Positions 36,412 to 45,333 of a stretch of 64,000 bases of DNA are shown here, piece after piece. The stretch's first letter is position 1; each line of letters begins with the position of its first letter. The notes beneath the pieces were generated by a model. The model ran no database searches, was not told the origin of the DNA, and saw only the letters and a program-made list of their open reading frames with translations. The stretch is from an uncultured Actinomycetes bacterium (GTDB taxonomy: Bacteria; Actinomycetota; Coriobacteriia; Anaerosomatales; PHET01): positions 20,484-84,483 of the forward strand of contig CAMTUW010000006.1 in the NCBI GenBank assembly GCA_947085035.1, written 5' to 3'. The translations under genes and the position numbers were made by a program.

Positions 36412-36711
36412 GTATGCCCCCTGAGGAGACGCGGCCAGGATGAGAGATGATTGTATCCGCTTGAAGGCCGTGTGAGAAAACGAAACGAGGCGCGTGGGGG
36501 ACGCGCCTCGTTTAGTATTCGAGCGGGCGGTCCCCACCTCTGAGGGGGGAGGAGAAGGCAGGTCGCCCGGCTCAAGGAGCATGCTAGCAAGGTTCATGCC
36601 GACTTTTCAAGTCGAAATTCGCTCATGTTTACTCAGGTTTTGTGAGAGGGTTACGAGCGGCGCGTGTTGCGGTCGCCGTTCGGCATAAGGTACAACCAGC
36701 GAGGAGGTGTC

Positions 36712-37761
36712 ATGTCTGTCGTCGAGGAACAGGGCGAGCCGTTTCGTTTCGGGCGCTCACAAGAGGTCTTGGAAGCCGTCACCCGCTACTCGGGCGATTG
36801 TGTCTTGCTCATGGATCTCGACGGCGTGATCCGGCGCTGGAACCCCATGTGCGAGGATCTCTTCGGCTGGAGGGCGGAAGAGGCGATTGGACAACAACTC
36901 CTCCACATCCCCAAAGAACGTCGGCTGCGAGTCCTGAGGGAGTTGCGGACGGCGGCAGCCGAAGGCCGGGTCACTGAACGAGACATGCCGTCGCTTCGAA
37001 GTGGTGGATCGCGATCGTTGATGCGCATGACCCTGATTCCGGTGCACGATGATGACGGGGATCCGGCAGGTGTTCTCGCGATCGTGCGAGAGGTGCTTGA
37101 CGACGAGCGCAATGAGCGTACACGCAACGAGTTCTCCGCATTCATCGGTGAGAGCCTGAGCGCGCCTTTGAACTCGATTGTCACCGCAGCCGAGTTGCTT
37201 TTGCGACCTGAGATGGCAAGTGATACGTCCAGGCGAGTCCGCCTGTCCGCTCTTGTCAGCCACCATGCGCGCGAGGCTGCGGTACTCGTCGACGACCTGC
37301 TGCTTACCTCGCGTATCGCGACCGGTGACCTTGTGCTTGACAGGGAGCCCGCAGACCTGGGAGGCCTGGTCGGAGAAGCGGTCGCGGCGGTTCCGGGTGC
37401 CGAGAAGCGAACCATCGTGGACTTCGATTCCGCGATGGAGCCTGTTCTCGTTGACGTGAACCGGGTGCGACGGGTGGTTGCCATACTGATCAAGCATGCG
37501 CTCGACCGCACGGCGGAGCCTCAGACCGTACAGGTGAGCGTCTCACGTAGGAGAAATGAGGCGATCATCGAGGTGCGATGCAGCGGGGAGCGGACCGCTG
37601 TGTCCCGGCAAGACCTGTCGGAGCACGCGGGAATCGCGCTTCACCTCGCACGAGGTGTTGCCGAGGCCCACGGGGGAAGCGTGTACGTGCGAGATGCCGA
37701 TGGCGACGATGGCGCGTCCATGTTGCTGTTGCCGGTCAGCGAAGGCCCGGTGACTCGATGA
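36712..37761 (+). CDS. PAS domain protein with degenerate histidine-kinase module (pseudo-kinase?)
   Basis: - ATG at 36712 after GAGGAGG.
- PAS: LLMDLDGVIRRWNPMCEDLFGW.
- The H-box position reads FIGESLSAPL, with Glu where the phosphoacceptor His is expected.
- No recognisable DxGxG or GxGxG in the ATPase region. Confidence 0.75.
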   Translation: MSVVEEQGEPFRFGRSQEVLEAVTRYSGDCVLLMDLDGVIRRWNPMCEDLFGWRAEEAIGQQLLHIPKERRLRVLRELRTAAAEGRVTERDMPSLRSGGSRSLMRMTLIPVHDDDGDPAGVLAIVREVLDDERNERTRNEFSAFIGESLSAPLNSIVTAAELLLRPEMASDTSRRVRLSALVSHHAREAAVLVDDLLLTSRIATGDLVLDREPADLGGLVGEAVAAVPGAEKRTIVDFDSAMEPVLVDVNRVRRVVAILIKHALDRTAEPQTVQVSVSRRRNEAIIEVRCSGERTAVSRQDLSEHAGIALHLARGVAEAHGGSVYVRDADGDDGASMLLLPVSEGPVTR

Positions 37762-38723
37762 GGAGCCGTGAGGCAGAAGGCTCGACGGCAGACTCGCGCA
37801 CGACGCGTGCGCAACGCCGTGGTCGCAAACCGGGGCTTTGGCCGTTGCTCATGGTGCTTGCTGCGGTGGCTGTCTCAGCCCTCGTGTTCTTCGCGACGTC
37901 GGCCTATCGCACGTGGTCTCAGAGCGCGGATGCCACTCGCAGCATCAATGAAGCCACGACGCTCATCGAGCGAGCCGATACGGTCGTTGTTGCCGTTGAC
38001 GCGGTCATCGGTGCCGAGATGTCTGCCGAGGTCGCTTCGTCCGCCGCACAGGTCGCTCCTCGTGTCGCCGAAGCCGCAGGCTTGCTTCGCGAGGCGGTTC
38101 AAACCATCGACGAAGTGTCACCGAGTCTCGATGACGGCGAAAGACGCCGCGCGTCCGCGCTGGGTGATGCCGCCAGGGCTCGGCTCGACATGCTGAGCCA
38201 GGCGCCGAGCATTCTCAGCGCCACCGCCAAGGCGGCAACGGCGTTGCCGTTGGCGACAACAGCGTGGTCAGAGGCGCTTGCGGCCGACAAGACCACCAAG
38301 CGGGCGGTCGCCGCCTACAACAAGCTCACCAAAACGGGAGTGCGCGAGTCGAGAAGACTCAACCAGCGGGCTGCCGTCCAGCTCGCGGCGGCCCGTGACG
38401 GGATGAGCCGTGCGGAACAGGCGTTTCCCGAGGCGACCTTCGAGACCTACCTCGCCTATCTTGACGCGCGTATCGAGCTCAATCGTCTTTCGCAGAGGTC
38501 GGACGCGGCGTGGCTCAAGGGGGAGTTCGAGAAGGCAAACACGGCCATTGCGGCGTACAACGAGCGGGACAAGCGCACGGTAGCGCAGGCCAAGGGGCTG
38601 TCGGCCTCGCCCGCCAAGGTGATCGCAGACGCCTACGAGGCAGCCGCGACAGCGTCAACGGACGAGTACTACTCCGCGCGCGACCGCGCGACCCAGGCCG
38701 ATGCTCGGGTCAGGCGATTCTAG
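37758..38723 (+). CDS. Hypothetical membrane-anchored all-helical Ala-rich protein
   Basis: ATG at 37758 overlaps the preceding stop (ATGA). TM LWPLLMVLAAVAVSALVFF followed by about 270 aa of predicted helical ectodomain. Confidence 0.55.
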   Translation: MRSREAEGSTADSRTTRAQRRGRKPGLWPLLMVLAAVAVSALVFFATSAYRTWSQSADATRSINEATTLIERADTVVVAVDAVIGAEMSAEVASSAAQVAPRVAEAAGLLREAVQTIDEVSPSLDDGERRRASALGDAARARLDMLSQAPSILSATAKAATALPLATTAWSEALAADKTTKRAVAAYNKLTKTGVRESRRLNQRAAVQLAAARDGMSRAEQAFPEATFETYLAYLDARIELNRLSQRSDAAWLKGEFEKANTAIAAYNERDKRTVAQAKGLSASPAKVIADAYEAAATASTDEYYSARDRATQADARVRRF

Positions 38724-39739
38724 GACTCCCTCAGTCTGTAACGCCCCGTCTTCTTCGTCCCGACCTTCTCGACGAGACCAGCGTCCAACAGCGGATTGAT
38801 CACGTCCATGGCCCCCTGCTTCGACACGCCGAGCGCCGCCCAGATCTCCGACGGAGCCATGCTTCCTTGCGAGGCGAGCAAGGTGAGCAGCCGTTCCTGT
38901 TTCGGGCGAAGGACAAGGCGCTGCGTGCCATCGGGCGCGATGACCTGTATGCGCGTCCAGACGCGATCGAGCGTGAAACGCAGCCCCTCGGCGCAGTACT
39001 CGAGCCAGCCGGAGAGGTCCTCGCCGTGTCTCCCGGTGCGATCCAGCGCTGCGTAGTACGCCGGGCGGTCCTCCCAGTAGTACTCATCGACCGAGAAGAT
39101 GTGGTGGGTGTCGAATCCTCGGCGGTAGAGCTCCATGAGAGCGAGCGCCCTCCCGGTTCGGCCGTTGCCGTCGGCGAAGGGGTGGATCGCCTCGAAACGG
39201 TAGTGAAGAATCGCCGAGGAGATGACCGTCGAAAGTGCGGTCGAACGTTCGTTCCACCACTCCAGCAGCTCGGACATGAGTGCGGTGACCTGTTCGGGCG
39301 CGGGGGGCAGGTACCTCCCGACCTGTACGCGAATGCTGCGATACCGGCCTTCTTCCCCCTGGTCCATCACGCCTCCGGCGAGGATGCGGTGCAGCTCGAA
39401 GACGGTCTCGTGCGTGATCTGCTCATCGGCGCTGTGTCGCTCCACGTAACGCAGGCCTGCGAAGTAGTTGATCACCTCCCGCTGTGAGCGTGGCGGGCGC
39501 GCGGGAAGCTCGGGTGTATCGGCCAGTGCGCGGACCTCTGAGAGGGTCAGGGGGTTGCCCTCGATCGCGGTGGAGGCATGCGCGTTGCGCATCCGAGTGT
39601 CTTTCTGCAGCGCAGGGAGCCATGGCAGCTCGGCCGAGGCGTCCTCGATGCGTTGCCGCAACGCGGCGATCTCCTCGATGAGCAGAAGGAGGCGCGGCGT
39701 GATGGTGTACGAGGGTTCGTATGACATGATATCAGTCAA
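38720..39739 (-). CDS. Fic-family protein (AMPylase-type) with N-terminal inhibitory motif and C-terminal winged HTH
   Basis: 339 aa. Fic motif HPFADGNGRTGR. Inhibitory (S/T)xxxE(G/N) motif as STAIEGN. Confidence 0.9.
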   Translation of the reverse strand: MTDIMSYEPSYTITPRLLLLIEEIAALRQRIEDASAELPWLPALQKDTRMRNAHASTAIEGNPLTLSEVRALADTPELPARPPRSQREVINYFAGLRYVERHSADEQITHETVFELHRILAGGVMDQGEEGRYRSIRVQVGRYLPPAPEQVTALMSELLEWWNERSTALSTVISSAILHYRFEAIHPFADGNGRTGRALALMELYRRGFDTHHIFSVDEYYWEDRPAYYAALDRTGRHGEDLSGWLEYCAEGLRFTLDRVWTRIQVIAPDGTQRLVLRPKQERLLTLLASQGSMAPSEIWAALGVSKQGAMDVINPLLDAGLVEKVGTKKTGRYRLRES

Positions 39740-39787
39740 GCATCAGTCAAGTTATTGGTCAAGCGGGCGCTCCGACGCAACTCCGAC

Positions 39788-40504
39788 TCAGTCCTCCGCG
39801 TAGCCGCTGCCAAGCGAGGCGAGCGCCCGCACGTCGAGAATCGTGACGGTACTCCCTCGCATCTCGAGCAGCCCGTCGTCCTTGAGCTTCGCGAACGCGC
39901 GCGACAGGGTTTCCGGGACCGTTCCAAGCGACAGCGCGAGATCGCCCTTCTTCATCCCCACCTCGATCTCGAGCCCCGCAGGCGTGGGTCTGCCCGAGCG
40001 CAGCGCTCGCTGGAAGAGATAGCCAGCCAGGCGGCTGGGCACGTCAAGCGCGAGCGTGTGTACGACGCTCGTGAAGTTCACGACGCGGTTCGCGAGGTCG
40101 GCGATGAGCGAGCGCGCCACCTGCGGTTCCTCCTCGAGAAGATCGAAGAGCGCCGATGTGGGTAGGAACGCGATGGTCGCATCCGTGGCCGCTTCGATGT
40201 TGACCGGGTAGCGTGTTCCCGCCAGAGCCACGACGGCCGCAAGCGGGTCACCGGCCTGCATCGTCTCGAACGTGATCTGTCTGCCGTCCGCCCCCAGGTA
40301 GAAGGCGCGCGCCTTTCCGGCGACCACCAGCCCGAACTCGAGCGCTGGATCACCTTCGGTGGCAAGCGTCGTCCCCCTGGCCACGTCGACGACGCGAGCA
40401 CCGGCCGCCAAGCGGGTCACCGCCTCAGGGCTCGCAGCGCGCCAGAGTCGACAGGACTGAAACCCCGCCAGCACGTCGGCCCGCACCTCGTTTCGCGCGC
40501 TCAT
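39788..40504 (-). CDS. Crp/Fnr-family transcriptional regulator (HcpR-like by context)
   Basis: 238 aa. cNMP-binding-like beta-barrel plus C-terminal HTH (GDLALSLGTVPETLSRAFAKL). Divergent from the hcp cluster. Confidence 0.85.
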   Translation of the reverse strand: MSARNEVRADVLAGFQSCRLWRAASPEAVTRLAAGARVVDVARGTTLATEGDPALEFGLVVAGKARAFYLGADGRQITFETMQAGDPLAAVVALAGTRYPVNIEAATDATIAFLPTSALFDLLEEEPQVARSLIADLANRVVNFTSVVHTLALDVPSRLAGYLFQRALRSGRPTPAGLEIEVGMKKGDLALSLGTVPETLSRAFAKLKDDGLLEMRGSTVTILDVRALASLGSGYAED

Positions 40505-40557
40505 CGCTCTCCTCGTCGTGGTGATTCCTGACCACAGCGGTAAAGAATCTCGGCGAA

Positions 40558-40571
40558 TTGACTCCCGTCAA
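40558..40571. promoter_or_regulatory. Candidate Crp/Fnr-type operator, TTGAC-N4-GTCAA
   Basis: ttgactcccgtcaa, perfect 5-4-5 inverted repeat in the 152-bp divergent intergenic region. About 86 nt upstream of the first gene of the hcp cluster. Confidence 0.55.
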
Positions 40572-40656
40572 AGATACCTCGTGCATTCAAGAGTAGCGTA
40601 GCCCCTCGACGACGAGGTCGCCGGGACGGTTCTTCCGGCGGCTCCCAAGGAGGCCT

Positions 40657-41115
40657 GTGGTGAACGAAAGGTTCGTCCGTAGCATGAGCGGTGAGAAGGT
40701 CGCGCACGACACGCGCGTCGTGGCCGATTTCACCCGCATCCACTGTGACGGGCTCCACGCAGACCGTCTAAGGCGCGAGGCGCAAACCGAGGCGGCCGAG
40801 CTGGGGCTCTATGCTCGGAAGCACCCGGTGCTCTGCGAGGAGTGCGAGGCGCATCTGGCCTACGCGGAGAAGAGGCGCGCGTACTGCACGTTGGACCCGA
40901 AGCCGTTCTGTGCGCACTGCGACACCCACTGTTATCGCCCCGAAGAGCGTGCATGGCAGGCGAGGATGATGCGTTACTCGGGACCCAGATCGTGGCGCGA
41001 GGGCCACGCCATCGACGGCATTCGACACGCGGTCGAAGGAATCAAGTGGAAGCGAGAGATGGCACGCCGGGCCAAAGCCGAGAGTACTGCGAGAGAGCGA
41101 GAGGAAACGAGATGA
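40657..41115 (+). CDS. Nitrous-oxide-stimulated promoter family protein (YgbA-like)
   Basis: 152 aa. Cys pattern HCDGLH...CEECEAHL...CAHCDTHCY is typical of the YgbA_NO family that accompanies hcp. The start may be the second GTG at 40660. AAGGAGG upstream. Confidence 0.75.
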   Translation: MVNERFVRSMSGEKVAHDTRVVADFTRIHCDGLHADRLRREAQTEAAELGLYARKHPVLCEECEAHLAYAEKRRAYCTLDPKPFCAHCDTHCYRPEERAWQARMMRYSGPRSWREGHAIDGIRHAVEGIKWKREMARRAKAESTAREREETR

Positions 41116-41498
41116 CCACCACCGTGAACCGCCAGATCGTCCGAATCGACGAAGACCTGTGCAATGGCTGCGGCGCTTGTGTGAGCCCGTGCGCCGAGGG
41201 CGCGATAGTCATCGTGGACGGCAAAGCCAAAGTCGTGCGCGAGGAGCTCTGCGACGGCGCGGGCTTCTGTATCGGCACCTGCCCCACGGGCGCGCTGACG
41301 CTCGAGTATCGCGATGCCGTCCCCTTCGACCACGAAGCCGCCGCCCCGATCATCGAGGCGAAACGCGCGAACTACATCGCGCAGAACTGCTCCAACTGCG
41401 GTGTTTCCGAAGACGATCGCCCACTGCTTCCGGTTCGCACGAAAGGAGATTCGACCTGGGTCTGCATGAAGTGCCTGCCCGCGATGATTCACGGCTAG
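41112..41498 (+). CDS. 4Fe-4S ferredoxin-domain protein with C-terminal zinc-ribbon-like CxxC pairs
   Basis: ATG at 41112 (ATGA-type overlap with the previous gene). CNGCGACVSPC and CDGAGFCIGTCP cluster motifs. C-terminal CSNCG...CMKC. Confidence 0.75.
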   Translation: MTTTVNRQIVRIDEDLCNGCGACVSPCAEGAIVIVDGKAKVVREELCDGAGFCIGTCPTGALTLEYRDAVPFDHEAAAPIIEAKRANYIAQNCSNCGVSEDDRPLLPVRTKGDSTWVCMKCLPAMIHG

Positions 41499-41537
41499 CT
41501 CCGTCCCGACACACCACATGAGCGAGAGGACCGAAAG

Positions 41538-43172
41538 ATGACCACCCAACTGACTGAGATGTTCTGTGACCAGTGCGAGCAGGCCGCATACGGCACCGGT
41601 TGCACCAAGGTGGGCACGTGCGGCAAGAGTCCGGACGTCTCCGCCTTGCAAGACCTGCTCGTGCACGCCTGTCGCTCGCTCGCCGCTGTCGCGGCGGCCG
41701 CGCCTGCCGACACGGACCTGACGGCCGCGAGCAGATTCGTCGAAGACGCGCTCTTCACAACGCTCACGAATGTCGACTTCGGCGCCGAGACCGTCGCCGC
41801 GAAAGTCGATGAGGCGGTCGCGCTGCGCGATACTCTCGCCGCCCTCACGGGAGTTGCGACCGACGGGTTCTCGGCTCCGACCGAACTGGGTGAGAAGATC
41901 TCGCTGGCTGCTCGCTTGGGAAATCCCTGGGACGCCACGCGCGACGTCGATGTGCGGTCGCTGCAGGAGACGACGCTTTACGGTATGAAGGGCGTTGCGG
42001 CCTACGCGCACCACGCGCGCACGCTGGGCCAGACCGACCCCGAGATCGACGCATACCTGTTCCGCACCCTCGTGTCGCTGGGCGACACCGCGCTCGGACT
42101 CGAGGAGTGGGTGGGCATCACGCTCGAATGTGGCAAGGTGAACCTGCGTACGATGGAGATCCTCGACACGGCCCACACCGGTTCGTTCGGCCATCCGGAG
42201 CCCACGAAGGTCACGCTGGGCCAGCGGCCCGGCAAGGCGATTCTGGTGTCCGGCCATGACCTCGCGGACTTGGGGGCGCTGCTCGAGCAGACCGTCGGTA
42301 CCGGCGTCGATGTCTACACCCACGGTGAGATGCTGCCCGCGCACGCCTACCCGGAGTTCAAGAAGTACGACAACCTCGTGGGTCACTTCGGCACCGCGTG
42401 GCAGAACCAGCACAAGGAGTTCACCGAGTTCCCGGGTGCCATCCTCCTCACGACGAACTGTCTGATGCCGCCGCACCCCGAGTACAAGGACCGTCTCTTC
42501 ACCGCGAACGTCGTGCAGTTCCCCGGCGTGCCGCATGTGCACCGCGACGATTTCTCCGCAGTCATCGCCGCGGCTCAGGCCGCCGACGGCTTCGAGTGGG
42601 ACACCACGGTCGGCGAGGTCATGGTCGGCTTCGGCCACAACACGATCCTCTCGGTGGCACCCACGGTCATCGAGGCCGTGAAGTCCGGCGCCATTCGCCA
42701 CTTCTTCCTGGTCGGCGGCTGCGACGGCGCTCGCCCCGGTCGCAACTACTACACCGAGTTCGTCGAGGAGACCCCCAGCGACACGATCGTGCTGACGCTC
42801 GCGTGCGGCAAGTTCCGCTTCTTCGACAAGCAGCTGGGCGAGATCGGCGGCCTGCCGCGCCTCATGGACGTGGGCCAGTGCAACGACGCCTACTCGGCGA
42901 TCAAGGTCGCCTCTGCACTCGCTGACGCGTTCGAGTGCGGCGTGAACGACCTGCCGCTGTCGATGATCCTGTCCTGGTACGAGCAAAAGGCTGTCGCGAT
43001 CCTGCTGAGCCTGTTCTACCTGGGCATCACCGATATCCGGCTTGGCCCCACCCTGCCCGCGTTCATCACGCCCGGAGTGTTGGGTGTTCTCGTCGAGAAT
43101 TTCGGCATCAAGCCCATCGCCGCAAGTCCCCGCGAGGACCTCGTTGCGATTCTCGGACACACGGAGGCGTGA
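41538..43172 (+). CDS. hcp: Hybrid cluster protein / hydroxylamine reductase
   Basis: 544 aa. N-terminal MFCDQCEQAAYGTGCTKVGTCGK cluster motif. Conserved along its whole length. Confidence 0.93.
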   Translation: MTTQLTEMFCDQCEQAAYGTGCTKVGTCGKSPDVSALQDLLVHACRSLAAVAAAAPADTDLTAASRFVEDALFTTLTNVDFGAETVAAKVDEAVALRDTLAALTGVATDGFSAPTELGEKISLAARLGNPWDATRDVDVRSLQETTLYGMKGVAAYAHHARTLGQTDPEIDAYLFRTLVSLGDTALGLEEWVGITLECGKVNLRTMEILDTAHTGSFGHPEPTKVTLGQRPGKAILVSGHDLADLGALLEQTVGTGVDVYTHGEMLPAHAYPEFKKYDNLVGHFGTAWQNQHKEFTEFPGAILLTTNCLMPPHPEYKDRLFTANVVQFPGVPHVHRDDFSAVIAAAQAADGFEWDTTVGEVMVGFGHNTILSVAPTVIEAVKSGAIRHFFLVGGCDGARPGRNYYTEFVEETPSDTIVLTLACGKFRFFDKQLGEIGGLPRLMDVGQCNDAYSAIKVASALADAFECGVNDLPLSMILSWYEQKAVAILLSLFYLGITDIRLGPTLPAFITPGVLGVLVENFGIKPIAASPREDLVAILGHTEA

Positions 43173-43179
43173 GAGCCGC

Positions 43180-43500
43180 ATGAAGCGAGGACTTCTCATC
43201 ATGCTCGCGGCGGTAGCGGTAGTGATCGCCGCAGGGGGATTCCTCTACACGTACGGGACGCCTCAGGCGCCGGACGTCGTCACACCCGTGACGGCGCCCG
43301 GCGCCGTCGGGGGCGGTGTGCCTTCGATGGGCGGCGGAGACCCATCGGCGGTCGGCAAGAAGGCGCCGCCAGCGGACCCCAACTCGCCTCTCGCCATTCA
43401 GATTCCCGGTTGTACGTGCCACAGCGACGATCCGAAACTCGTCGAGGAACACGCGCAGTACCGCATGAACCAGTGTGCGGGCTGTCACGCCGGTCGTTGA
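43180..43500 (+). CDS. Small membrane-anchored putative c-type cytochrome
   Basis: ATG at 43180, 8 nt after the hcp stop. TM LLIMLAAVAVVIAAGGFLY. C-terminal GCTCH and CAGCH motifs. Confidence 0.55.
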   Translation: MKRGLLIMLAAVAVVIAAGGFLYTYGTPQAPDVVTPVTAPGAVGGGVPSMGGGDPSAVGKKAPPADPNSPLAIQIPGCTCHSDDPKLVEEHAQYRMNQCAGCHAGR

Positions 43501-43605
43501 GAGGAGCGCGCGACCCGGGTCATTACGGCAGAGTCGAGGCCAGGTGCGCTAGGATAGACAGCGCAGGAACCCTGTGTGCCGCGACCACCGTGACCGGAGG
43601 AAGCG

Positions 43606-45333
43606 ATGGCGGAACTCATCGATTATGTACGCGCCCTGACCGACGACATCGGAGCGAGACCGGCGGCGACCGACAACGAGCACCGTGCCGCTGAATGGCT
43701 CGAGCGCGTCTTCGCTTCGCGAGGACTTCAGACGGAGCAGCAGCCATTCGAGGCGATACGCACCTACTCGTGGGCCTACGTCATCTATCATGTGCTGACG
43801 ATGGGCTCGGCGTTCGCCGCAGGCTTCAAGCCGTTCCTCGCGTGGCCCGCGTTCGCCGTCGCGGCGATCGTGGCGTTCTTCTTCTGGTGTGACCTGGACA
43901 CGCGCTGGGGATTCACGCGTCTCATGCCCAAGGGACCCAGCCAAAACGTCATCGCGCGCCATGTCCCGCGGGCACGGCGCGGCGAGAAGCTGCGCAAGAT
44001 CGTCATCGTCGCGCACTACGATTCGGCCCGTGCGTCGCTGGCCTTCTCGCCGGGCATGGTGAAGAACTTCCCCATGACGTTCGGTTTGCTCAAAGCGTGC
44101 ACGTTTCTCACACCGGTGTTCGTGCTCGCGATGGCGGTGCCCTTCACGGCCTCGCTCGAGCCCTACCTCTGGTACGTCACGATGGCGGTGTCGGCCTACC
44201 TGGTGGTCCCCACGCTGATCAACATCCATCGCGAACTGGCGATGCCCTTCGTCGACGGTGCGAATGACAACGCCTCAGGGGTCGCTGCGATGCTCGGTGT
44301 GATGGAGCGGATCGTTCCGGCTCCCGACGCTGATTCGCTGTCCACGGCGAGCTTCTCGTCCGTTCGTCGCGACCCGGATGCGGCCAGAGCCGCCGGGGTT
44401 GTCGCGCCCGATGTCGACCTGCACTACGCTCCCGCCGTCCAAACGCCCGCCCCGCTGCCCGATGACTTCGCGTGGGCCGAGCCTTCTCCGGAGCCCGCGC
44501 GGGGGCAGTCGATACTCGATTTCGACACGGTGGAGTTCGCCGTCGTGGGACCAGAAGCCCCCCGCGACGCGATATCGGCGCCACCGGTCGAGGAAGACGA
44601 TGCGCACGAGCGGGCGTCCCTGAGGGGCCTGCTGAAGGGTCTGGGCAAGAAGCGCGAGCAGCGAGAAGAGGCTCCACCCACCGACTGGCTGGGTGTCGAT
44701 GGCGGCTTCGATGCGCGCAAGGCCGGTCGAGAGATCGGTTCCTGGGACAACTTCGACGAGAACGATGACGAAGACGATTTCGGGTGGAAGGGCGGTTGGG
44801 CCGGAGACGACCCCATCGGGGATCCCGAGTTCGCCGTGAGTGAGGCCGCGCGCATCCGCAGACGCGTCACCGAGACGGTGGATCGCGAGCTGACCGAGAA
44901 GGAGGTCTGGTTCGTCGCGACGGGAGCCGAGGAGGTCGGCACGCTTGGGATGCAGGCGCTTCTGCGCGACTACGGCGAGGAGCTGCGCGACGCGCTCATC
45001 ATCAGCATCGACGGCTGTGGCGCCGGTAACCTGTACTGGGCGAGCTCCGAAGGCATGGCTCGCCGCTATCGGGCGAGCGTTCGACTCGTGGGACTTGCCC
45101 GACGCGTCTCTCGCGAGACCGAGATCCTGATCAAGCCTCGTGTCTTCAAGGGGCTTTCCACGGATGCGACACCTGCGCTCGCCCGGGGGTTCAAGGCGCT
45201 GAGCATCCTCGCGCTCGACGACAACGGGGTTCCCGTGAACTGGCACTGGCGAACCGATACCGCCGACGCACTCGATCCGCTTCTCATCGACAAGACCGCC
45301 GAGTTCGTCACGGCGATGGTACGCGAGGCCTAG
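43606..45333 (+). CDS. M28-family metallopeptidase with embedded transmembrane segments
   Basis: 575 aa. Motifs IVIVAHYDS, ANDNASGVAAMLG, ATGAEEVGTLGM. GGAGG SD. Confidence 0.8.
   Translation: MAELIDYVRALTDDIGARPAATDNEHRAAEWLERVFASRGLQTEQQPFEAIRTYSWAYVIYHVLTMGSAFAAGFKPFLAWPAFAVAAIVAFFFWCDLDTRWGFTRLMPKGPSQNVIARHVPRARRGEKLRKIVIVAHYDSARASLAFSPGMVKNFPMTFGLLKACTFLTPVFVLAMAVPFTASLEPYLWYVTMAVSAYLVVPTLINIHRELAMPFVDGANDNASGVAAMLGVMERIVPAPDADSLSTASFSSVRRDPDAARAAGVVAPDVDLHYAPAVQTPAPLPDDFAWAEPSPEPARGQSILDFDTVEFAVVGPEAPRDAISAPPVEEDDAHERASLRGLLKGLGKKREQREEAPPTDWLGVDGGFDARKAGREIGSWDNFDENDDEDDFGWKGGWAGDDPIGDPEFAVSEAARIRRRVTETVDRELTEKEVWFVATGAEEVGTLGMQALLRDYGEELRDALIISIDGCGAGNLYWASSEGMARRYRASVRLVGLARRVSRETEILIKPRVFKGLSTDATPALARGFKALSILALDDNGVPVNWHWRTDTADALDPLLIDKTAEFVTAMVREA

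Noticed and set aside
40974-43202. 742-aa ORF on the minus strand covering the ferredoxin/hcp genes
   Set aside because: It lies exactly antisense to hcp, whose product is unmistakable. Its translation is Arg/Gly/Asp/Val-rich low-information sequence, typical of high-GC shadow ORFs.
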